A DNA stretch of 61,179 nt from Perkinsus chesapeaki ATCC PRA-425 (lineage: Eukaryota > Protista > Perkinsozoa). Below are positions 12,169-22,400 of the stretch, piece by piece. Where the stretch lies: NCBI GenBank assembly GCA_013115145.1, contig JAAPAO010000152.1:1-61179 (forward strand). Reading direction: 5' to 3'. Position 1 is the stretch's first letter; each line of letters starts with the position of its first letter. Both the position numbers and the translations under genes were made by a program. The notes below the pieces were generated by a model, which was given only the letters and a program-made list of their open reading frames with translations, did not search any database and was not told the DNA's origin.

Positions 12169-12939
12169 TTACTGTCCCTCAACGGCTTCATTGATGTTTG
12201 GTGAACCTAAAGCGGCAATAGGAACACAAAGTGAGTCGATTAAGCCTAGGGCCCGACAAAACGCTGATTTCATTTCGTCGCCAGTTACGACAGATGTAAA
12301 TCCTTCCTCCTGTGTTCGACAGCGGATATCCTCTAAAGGCAGCTTACCTCATTGCTACTATCATCCTCCTTATCCTCGACTGCCCTACTGCCAGCACTAC
12401 TACCACTGGTAAAAATATCCAACGAGTGGCATACGAAAACAGTGCCGATAGCCGCAGTAATGCCGATGCCAACCGATAGAGCTATCCCAGTTGAAAGGTG
12501 ATTCGCAGCAGCCCAAGATGACGCCACAGCAATACCGGCCTCCACCACGGATCTGAGGATTCCCGCCTGTTCCCGGAAGGAGCCCCAATGACCTACCTCC
12601 TAAAGTGCCTGTCCCAATTCTGATGAGCATTTAAGGCTCTATCATGGAAAATCGCGCTGACTCTGGTGGGTAGGATATTGAGGCGACTCAGACACTCAGC
12701 GACCAAAAAGAAGCCTCCACCCACTATAGCCGCCAGGAAGGCATTGAACCAGGGATCATCCTCCAACCCCTGATACAATAATGATCTGGATGGTGGCGAT
12801 GAGGGCTTACTGAAGGAGACACCTGGGACGATGTGGATGGGGAGCTCTTCTTTAGATGACCAGTGATAACGTCAGCAAACTGTAATGTAACAGCCACTCC
12901 TATGATGAACTGGCTGATACTGCTAATGCTCAAAGACAT
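12169..12939 (-). CDS. Hypothetical small multi-pass membrane protein
   Basis: Four exons joinable by GT-AG introns, with several hydrophobic helices (QFIIGVAVTLQFA, FNAFLAAIVGGGFFLVA, GIALSVGIGITAAIGTVFV). No family recognised. Confidence 0.45.
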
Positions 12940-13033
12940 TATAATAGGTGAAGTCCTAAGCCTTGTAGTCCGAAGGATAACGCAACAACTCTTGAGTAGA
13001 CAGCACACCAAAGCCACCTTCACCATGCCATCA

Positions 13034-13881
13034 CTACTGCAGCCGTAAGCGTCCATATAATGGTCGAATGTGAGCCATGGGAGGAGATGGCGTAGTCGGC
13101 CTCTCCATCAAGATTGATAGCCTTGAGCTCCTGTAAATTAACCGAGATGTTCTCCGCACGAACAGGGAGGCCCTCAGACTCGGCGAAGGCATCAAAGTCG
13201 GTAACCTCTGGCGCGCAGCATCTGTGGTGTAATCGAATCCCTGTGTAATCGATGGCAAGCTTACTTAGTCTGCTTGAACTTCATGAATTTGGAGATATCC
13301 TCCGACCTCGCTGGACTGTGAAGCTGTCCCGACTCGGCGCCAAGTCTAGCAAGGACCCTCGAAAAGTATCCAAGCTGCTCTTTGGTCTCTGGTGATAGTA
13401 TCTATAAGATACAGGCTGTCGTAATGCTATCTATCTGTGATCAAGTGACTCATCCAGCCCAGCACTCAAGTTTCCCCAAAAGAGCCCTTCAGTAATTCTA
13501 TTGCGTGATTCGACTCCACCTTCAATGTGACAAGGCGCGAGGATCACTGCGGTGACCCAGTGTGCACGCGTGCAAAGATACCCAAGACCTCAGTATATGA
13601 ACACCCGCTACCGACCTGTGGTTTGTAAGCACTCTGCGGTAGCTCCTCCTCGATCCCAGTGCCTGCCAAGCGATCAGCCTAGCATTATAGAGGAAGGTAA
13701 GCTTACTCATTAATCGTGGTGTCTCCTTGTCCAATACTCGAGCGTCAGGAGAATCCACCGGCGCCACAGTCCTCTGCAGGAAAGAGCTCTTCTGCTGCCG
13801 CCTGGGCAAGTGTCGAACAGCCTTTGTTGGCGAAAACCGCAGCAACAACAGGACCGCCAGTGAAGGCAGCCACCACCTCAT
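13034..13881 (-). CDS. Hypothetical secreted protein; exon structure uncertain
   Basis: MRWWLPSLAVLLLLRFSPTKA signal-like start followed by RRQQKSSFLQ. Downstream open segments are flanked by splice-like sites. Confidence 0.35.
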
Positions 13882-14056
13882 TTGATAATAATAGCTGCAG
13901 GCGATGGTATCTTGGCTCTCCTACCACAACTTCTCCAACTTCAGTGCAAACCCCAGAGCACGGTGATTTTATTAGACAACACACTCTACGATGTCACCAA
14001 CGCGGAATCCTTGGAGTATAAGAAACAATTTAATAATGCATCTCAAATTAAACAAC

Positions 14057-15859
14057 CTACAGGTGGCATGGAAACCTCATGGAAGACTGCAACTCCAGCC
14101 ATCTGAGGATCACTAGCCTTTTCGATACAAAATCATATTCTCCGGTGACCACTCTTTGAAGGACTCCCCGGCCATCGAAGCCAGCGGGAATGAATAACAA
14201 CTTGCATAGGATAGAGGCCCATCTCCGGCCAGATCTGAGAAACACTTCAAAAAGGGATGTAGCCACAGCTGGCTCTGCACACCGTAATATCGAATCCTTC
14301 ACTAGGACCAACATTCTCCTCGCCAGTTCAGGATCGGTATCATCACACTCAATTAACCTGCATGTGGCTTCACTGAGTACAGCGCACTGTTCTGCTGTAT
14401 ACACCCTCAACGAACTGGACAGGAAATCCAGGCGGTCGCGAAATGGCAGTCCTCCTGCAGTAACGGCGATAAGGGCTGCGGCATGGGGACGGCCAGGCAG
14501 AAGGAGGGATCGGTAGATCACAGAAAGGCAAAGCCGATTGCATATCTCGCTGCCTTTACAAGCCAGCCACTCCAAGCCTGTAATGAGCTCATCAGCACTC
14601 TGCAGTGGATTTACCAAATCAGCTAAGTCCTCCGGGATTATCTTGTCGAGTGCAGTTGATACCAAAGCCTCGCTGTCTGCAGTGTCCTGCTTGAAGGCAT
14701 TAAGTAGCATCAGGGTCGCTAGGACGGTTGCCGGTCGGACCAGCCCTATAAGATCGCGGAACACCAGACAGACGACCATGTAAAAGCCTTCGCCCATCCA
14801 TTGGGTTGATGGATCCTTCGGGAGACGGCCAACTCGAGACCAGTCGAAAGCGTGCCGACGCAGCACATCTGCTGTATGGGCGGCTACCTCAGCCGAGCCC
14901 AAGTTTAGGAGAGCCTTACCGAGAACTGCAGCGATTCTTGGGGAATGCCTCGAGACATAGAGGAGCATGTTACGAGTATCCAACGGGAAGCAGCCAGTCG
15001 TAGCACAGAGCAACAGATCACCAACGTATTCCGATGCCAGCTCAGGCGAGCCAAAGAGGGAAACAACGACGCCTCTAGCGACAAGGTCGAGAGGCCTGTT
15101 GGCGAGTCTGCCTTGTAGCCACTGATAGTCTCGTGGATCAGTCAATGCCCCTATAAAACACATCAAAGGGACATCGGCAGCGTCACTCTCAGAGAGCCTT
15201 GCTCTAGCACAGCTTGCCATACAACTCAAGCGGCCACTTCTAGAGCAAGCTTGAATGACCTGCAGACTCGTGTCCGCTACGACAGCCTCTGTTGGGGCTG
15301 CAGAGTCAAAGCATCGTAACAAGGCGCACATGACACAAGGCTGACGATAGCTGTCATGGGCCCAACCATACTTCGTTATGATATCCAAAACCATCTCAAG
15401 AGTTGAATGTAGGTGATGGGCAGACAGAAAGGAAGCAGCCACCATAGGAGACCGCAGCAAGCGACACATCAGCGTAGCCTCATTTCGGCCTCCTCGGTGG
15501 GCTAGGCATACCAGAAACCTTGCATCATCAAATGTAATGGTAGATCCAAGATCACATACATCCCAGTTATCAATGAGGTAACCCTCCAGCTCGGGAGGGA
15601 CTCCAGGCATCTCACTCCGAACGAGGAGGCAACTCGTCAGCAAGAGGATCTGTCGTCGTAACAGAGCCGATGGCACCAAATGGATCGATGTTGCACAAGC
15701 CAGTATGAGATTAAGCTGGGTTCTACTGGTTATCTTATACCCTTCATTTAGGCATCCGGTGAGGACAGCTATAACCATGTCCCAGTCAGAGGTACATAAT
15801 GGCAATGCCAAACCAGACAAGGAGGCAAGAACAGGCGGCGAGGAGGACGATGAGGCCAT
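14057..15859 (-). CDS. Hypothetical ~600-aa Leu-rich helical (ARM/HEAT-like) protein, single long ORF
   Basis: Stop-free frame 14057-15922; first plausible ATG is MASSSS at 15859. The fold is inferred from composition only. Confidence 0.6.
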   Translation of the reverse strand: MASSSSSPPVLASLSGLALPLCTSDWDMVIAVLTGCLNEGYKITSRTQLNLILACATSIHLVPSALLRRQILLLTSCLLVRSEMPGVPPELEGYLIDNWDVCDLGSTITFDDARFLVCLAHRGGRNEATLMCRLLRSPMVAASFLSAHHLHSTLEMVLDIITKYGWAHDSYRQPCVMCALLRCFDSAAPTEAVVADTSLQVIQACSRSGRLSCMASCARARLSESDAADVPLMCFIGALTDPRDYQWLQGRLANRPLDLVARGVVVSLFGSPELASEYVGDLLLCATTGCFPLDTRNMLLYVSRHSPRIAAVLGKALLNLGSAEVAAHTADVLRRHAFDWSRVGRLPKDPSTQWMGEGFYMVVCLVFRDLIGLVRPATVLATLMLLNAFKQDTADSEALVSTALDKIIPEDLADLVNPLQSADELITGLEWLACKGSEICNRLCLSVIYRSLLLPGRPHAAALIAVTAGGLPFRDRLDFLSSSLRVYTAEQCAVLSEATCRLIECDDTDPELARRMLVLVKDSILRCAEPAVATSLFEVFLRSGRRWASILCKLLFIPAGFDGRGVLQRVVTGEYDFVSKRLVILRWLELQSSMRFPCHL

Positions 15860-16075
15860 GGCTGAGGCCGTACTGCAAACGTTTTTCTCATAAATATCCG
15901 ACGACGATCGTTCTAAATGCATCCACGAGCGTCATTGATATAACCCAAGAGAGCTTCTCAACAACAGGTATAGAAACTATAACAGCATAATATAAGAATC
16001 GTTTATGTTATTACTACGGCCTAGAGCAGTAGCATAGAAATCAACAGCAGTCATAAAGGGTAATCGTTTGCAGGA

Positions 16076-19000
16076 TCACTCAAATGTTAAGTCAATAACA
16101 CCCTCATGCTTAGGAGCTCTTGCCTCCTCCACAATAGCTTCATACGGCACTAAAGCTTCATCTGCCGGGGTGAGACCCTGGTCTATATTAGTGAGTACAT
16201 TGAGGAACATCTTAAGCTTCATACCACGCAACGTATCGAAGCACTCAAGAGCCAATGGCTTCTGGGCTAGATTAAGCTTCTTATCAACACTGTCAATAGA
16301 GGTGTCATTGAATACGGCGACACACACCTGTCTAAACTGGTCCGGATAGGTTTCCAGTAGAGCTTGGAACAAAGCGTAGGTATGGTTGCTATTGGCCCTA
16401 TTATAGTGGGTGAAGTTCTTCAACAGACCAACGACTAAGTCCTGGAAGTCTCCTTGGATCGCTCTCTGTACTATATCATTCTTAGCTGTCACTAGCTTGG
16501 TGAGATACCGGAGTACCCAAGAATCAAGCTCTCTATCAGTACAAGGCAAACATGTATGAATAGCAACAGCAATGGTGCCTTTCAGTACATCAGGATAGCT
16601 ATATAGGCCAGAACTCTTGTTCTCAACAGCACACCAATAAAGCAGCTGGAATAAAGGTGCAGCAGTCTGAACACCGTATTGACTACTGCAACGGTCAGTA
16701 GCCTCGAGACCGAGGGATATGATAGGCTGTACCATACCTTCAACGCACCCACCATACATAACCCAATCAGCAACCACCGATAAAGGGCAAACCACACGCT
16801 CACGTAGCAGCCGACCGACCAGGTCAAGCAGTGCGTTCGCCAGCTCGATGCCTTCTGGTGACCCCATAGTGCCAGCGGTAGCACGGACCAGATACCGAAG
16901 GTAGTGATGGCAGACTGGTGCCATGGCGCTGGCATTCAACTCTGCGGGAAGCCTCTTCTGGGCTGGAGACGGGCCGGCTCTAATAGAGGTAGAGTAGACC
17001 ACTGGACCAGCGGCGCACAAGAACTTATACAAATTATCGCTGTGAATTCTCAAGTGTCGAGCTAACAAGTGTGCCGACTTTGGCATCGCATCTCTCTCGG
17101 GTGAGCGTGAATCCTGCTTGGCCGTAAGGGCCCAGCAGCATGTTTGCGCTCGAAGGATCTCTCTGTAAAAGTCGGTCATATGCTCGATGGGCTGCATGGT
17201 GAGAGCAGTACTAAGTATAGTAGCCATACCGAGGTCCTTGGCTTGCTTATCTTCAAGTGAGCGTACCACACAAACAAGAGCACCAAACATAGTAGCATCA
17301 GCTTGCGGAGAGATGTGCCTGGCCGCCGTCTTAGCTCTCGGCAATAGGCCTTTCTCCACCACTGGTAGCAACACCTGCCTAGCATTCTCCTCGCTACAGA
17401 GGGCCATCAAAGCAGTGGTCACATCATTGGGGCACTTATCCAGACCAAGGCCAACACACCATTCGACGGCAACCTTCAATAGGCCAGGTATGGCTGCCAC
17501 CTGACTGGCAACAATGGTTAGTAGACCAGCTACAGCCTGGCATAGTGACACACAGCAACCTGGGCTACAGGCCGCTGTCAAACCCTTCTCGAGGGTACGC
17601 TGAATGGGCAATGGCATTTTGCTGTCGCCAGAACGCATCTCTGCAACACCAGATATGATATGCAAGCTGGCCTCCAACTCAACGGTGCTCTCATCACCAT
17701 GGCAACATTGCTCCAAGAAGTCGTCACCGTGACCAAGGCCATCCGCCAGAGAATACACATCGACTGTCACATCGCATGCCATGTCACGGAAAGCCAGGAA
17801 GTTCTCACGACCATCATCATCCTCATCACCGTACGAATGGAGCGGTACCAAGTCAACCCTGGAGAATCTCAGACAAGCTCCAATGGTCGGATCACCGAGC
17901 ATTCTTATAAGGGTCGCTATCTGTTCTTGAGTAAGGCATTCACTGTTACGCATCTCTCTAACTGGAGCCCAGATGTCAAGGATGGTAGATGCTCCCAGCT
18001 CTGGCCATTTACTCAGCCGGAGTATGCCAGCCATGCAAGGAAGGATCATATCTCCAGAAGGGTCAAAGAGCAAAGGCATCCATGCGCAGGCCAAAACCTT
18101 ACAGTACCGCGCAGCCTTGGCGACGGTATCGCCATCAGCCTTATCCAGGTTATCACAACAACTGCGCAAGAAAGACAATATACAAGCGAGAGCCACGCGC
18201 TCTCCATCAGAGCACTTGAGCGTTTCGTTAATATTCTTGTTAGCCCCCCGCCACTGTGAATAAGCATTGGGGCTGTGCTCCAAGCAATCGATCATAGTGT
18301 CCAACATATTGTGGGATACCAACCACTCTGCCACACCAACATTGCTGAGGGGTGAGGAATCTCCCAGCTGTAGCGTGCTGGTGGATTGACTCCATGCTGC
18401 CAACAGATCATTAGCCTGGCATACACTAGGGTTTAGTCGTGGCAAAAGAGACCAGACCAAGTCGAGGTCAGGAACCGGTGGCAGTGCCTGGCGGCTCCTC
18501 ATGCCCTTCAGCACCAAGTCACGGCATTCGCTGGCCAGCGCGGTGAGCATGAATAGACCAATCTCAACATGGAAGGGAGACGATACAGTGAAGTCAACCT
18601 GAGATGTGATCTGTCCCGAGGTGCCTACCGGACATTTCCCTTACAAGTGTTTTAACAGGGGAGCTGCCAGAGTTCCCTTGCAGCCACTCAGCCTTGTCCT
18701 CCTCGGATTTGGAATATATCGCCCTAGCCGCCAAGGCAGCCAATGTCAATGCTAATCGCTGAAGGACCAGCGGTGGCAGTGAGCATACTGCCTGTGGTGC
18801 ACCGTTATTCGTAGCCGCTGATGCTGTTGATAGAATAGTAAAAAGCTCCTTGACCATTGGAGGATGCTTAGAGGAGGAACGAACTCTAAGATATATAGTC
18901 TGGGCGGCAATGAACCTAAAACAACAATTACCGCCGCATTGCATGTAAATAGGAGTAAATACTTCACATTAGCATCGCCATGCTCTAGTAACTGCTGCCA

Positions 19001-19265
19001 CACTGTCCATATCGCCATGCTGTCTTCAGCGAACCGTCGAAGATACTCATCAGCATGTCGCCTGAGTAGGTCATGACCCCAACGTACGGAACACTACTGC
19101 CTACCTAGAATTTGGGTCCGAATGTGGACCGAGAAGCAGTGCCGTGGCATTGGCCACCGACTGCGCATCGAACTGCTGTGGTGGGATGGTGGCGTCTACA
19201 GACCCCTGTCCTGCGTTGGTTGCCATACTTGCTGTTGTTGTAGAGGAAGAGGACTGGTCATCCAT
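16076..19265 (-). CDS. Importin-beta family karyopherin (transportin-3/importin-13-like)
   Basis: N-terminal exons ADEYLRRF...WTVWQQLL...FIAAQTIYLRVR...VLQRLALTLAALA resemble IBN_N/Xpo1 regions, followed by an 824-codon HEAT-like exon. Confidence 0.75.
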
Positions 19266-19406
19266 TTCATCAAAATAATACTTAGGTATTTTACCAACAA
19301 TGGACACTTCCAGCAGCGGCAGCAGCAGCAGCAGGCGACCAAACACAACACCGATACTACACGTCAACTACACTGGTAGTTAAAGCAGACATGCTCACAC
19401 AAACAA

Positions 19407-22400
19407 TTAGCACGCATGCGCAAAGCATAGCATTAAGGTCAAAACAATAATTGATAAAGGTAAGCCGGACGGCATTCGAGTGTTAGCTACTGACACTGGG
19501 CCTCCTTCCACCTCCTTCATCCTTCTTCCCCTATCCTGGACTATCTCATGAAGCTGCACTCCCCAGGCAGCGCTTGGAGCAATACGAGCGGCATAGGCAA
19601 AAACATCACGCTAAAAGATGATGATAGGTAGTAAACTAGCCAAACGAAATACTTACCTCTGTTTCTGGTGCTGAGTACTTCACTATTTTAGTAACCGGCC
19701 GACACACCCTCTCCTTAGGCTTCAGCCATGTACCATCCTTACGGCAAACCATTGTGTATTGCGACATTTGCTTGGTAACGGGAGCATAATAATGGTGATA
19801 ATGGTGATGATAATGAATGATGTGTCTGCTACCTGGATGACCAGCATCAGGGTACATAGCATCACCATGCATATGATGTCCAGCGGTGGGGTCGATAGCA
19901 TCACCATGCATATGATGTCCAGCGGTGGGGTCGATAGCATCACCGTGCATATGATGACCAGCATCAGGGTACATAGCATCACCATGCATATGATGTCCAG
20001 CGGTAGGGTCGATAGCATCACCATGCATATGATGTCCAGCGGTAGGGTCGATAGCATCACCATGCATATGATGTCCAGCGGTAGGGTCGATAGCATCACC
20101 ATGCATATGATGTCCAGNNNNNNNNNNNNNNNNNNNNNNNNNNNNNNNNNNNNNNNNNNNNNNNNNNNNNNNNNNNNNNNNNNNNNNNNNNNNNNNNNNN
20201 NNNNNNNNNNNNNNNNGCGGTAGGGTCGATAGCATCACCATCATGTACCGCTTCAATACCAGCTGCCTGCTGCTGCTGTTGTTGTTGTCCTTGACGATTA
20301 TGTTCCTTCCTATAATAAGGTATTAGCCTATAAGGTATCCTTCTAACAGGCTCCTTTACAACATCATCCCAAACACCATCACGTATACTCTCATTATCCC
20401 CACCAGTCGGCTCCTCCTTTCCCCGCAACAATAGATGGCTACCATCAGCCTCGACCTCCAATAAAGACGCAGGATGATTGCTCTTAACATCTGCTGCTGC
20501 TGCAAGCGACCTGAAAAAATACTACTACGCTACCGCTCCTTCCACCACTCACTTCATGGATGATGCTTCTATAGCTGATGTAGTAGTAGCACTAGTATGG
20601 TCATCCGCATTCAAAGTGGCAACAATGTCTGGGATACCGGTGCTGACCACCTTCACAGCTTTCGAAGCATCAACATCAACGTAACGAGTAGAAATGGTGT
20701 CCATCACCGGAGCCTCTGTTACCGGTGCCGTCGTGAAATCCCTCGGCTCCACCGTGCTATCATGAGCGGTCGTACTCAACGAGTCAACAATACCCGTGAG
20801 GACGTCGTCAACTGTCGGAGTGGTATCCAAATGTACGGGATCGGAAACCCCAGGCGGCGGTGGAGTATCCAAATGTACGGGATTGGAAACCCCAGGCGGT
20901 GGAGGGGTATCCAAATGTACGGGATCGGAAACACCAGGCGGTGGAGGGGTATCCAAATGTACGGGATCGGAAACCCCAGGCGGTGGAGGAGTGGTATCCA
21001 CAGCCATAGGCTCATCGATAGTGGGGGTAGGATTCAGGTGCCAAGCCTTAGAACTAGCAGTCGTAGAGCTGGATCCCTTGCTATATGTAGGAGTTGCAGT
21101 CGTAGGAACATCTACATCTTCATCATCATCTTTACTTTTAGCAACAGTAGAGGCAGCTACAGACATACTACTGGTAGTAGTGCTGGTAGAGTGCTTCAAG
21201 GTAGTTGCGGTCGTAGTACTGCTCGAAGTACTACTACTAGTGGTGGAGGTTGTGGTGGTGGCAGTGGTTAAGCTACTACTAGTGGTGGGGGTTGTGGTAA
21301 CACTTCCAGTACTCGTTGTAGTAGTTGATGATGAGGGGACATGTATCTCGGTATCATCATCGTCATCTTCTTCACAATGCACTTCAATCCTTTCCCCCGG
21401 CGCTGCCTTTATCCCCAATTCATCATCCCAACACCTACCATACAGCAATAAATACCACACAGCCTACAACAAGACAGCCTACCATTCCTTCTCCTCTTCA
21501 CTACAGCCCTCCATCAACGGCAGCGGCATCGACAGCCGAGATGAGCCATCAGAGAACTTATCACACGTAACAGTCACAGAGCTGCTACCGTAAATATACC
21601 TACGCAGCAGCCTGCACTCACCCAATCACCACCACGAGCTTACCTGTCCCTTCTCTCACAAACATACACTGCCGATTTACCATCCTCCGATACCTTTACA
21701 GTGGCGCCCGATACTTCCGGCCAAGAGCAATCCTTAGACCTAGTGAAAAAATAATACCCGACGGAGCGAAGCAGCAGCAGCTTACCCCCCGGCAACTTCA
21801 ACAGGAGGCTCATAACCTCCCTTATAGACACCAGCGCTAAATGGTGGGGCACTGGGGACACACTCAGCTTCGACAGACCGCCACACAGGGAGGCCGCCAT
21901 CTGAAGACGGATAAGTGCTAGGTATCCATCCACCCAACACAATGTTATGGAACGCTCCCCCTTTCCTACCGCTCTTTTCCTCATCGACCGAACATACAAC
22001 CGTAACCTCTCCATTCCCACCAGGTGCCCATTTGTCATCACAAACGAACTCTACTCTATCATCAACCCTCCCTCCCTCGGTCTCATTAAAATCGATCGGG
22101 CGGGCATGCCCCATCACCGGCAGCTTCCCAGTGCATTTCTTTCTCTCACAAGAGAGCTCCATGTTACTAATCAGTGTACCTTGCAGATGCAACCAATAAT
22201 AGCGTTCTTCTACGAGCGTCCTTAACTACCTCTATAGCTCAACTCCCCGCTCTGCCCACATGTCATCTCAATACTAGACGAGTCTGGCGTCAAAGGCTTG
22301 CTACTCACCGACACAGGGTAATCCAGAGATACTTCGAAATGTGACCTGAACGATAGTCATAAGGAACTGTACGCGTCCATTACTACTTTATGGCTTCATT

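Noticed and set aside
20597-21593. Long + strand ORFs (224 and 265 aa)
   Set aside because: Antisense shadows of the Thr/Pro-rich repeat exon.
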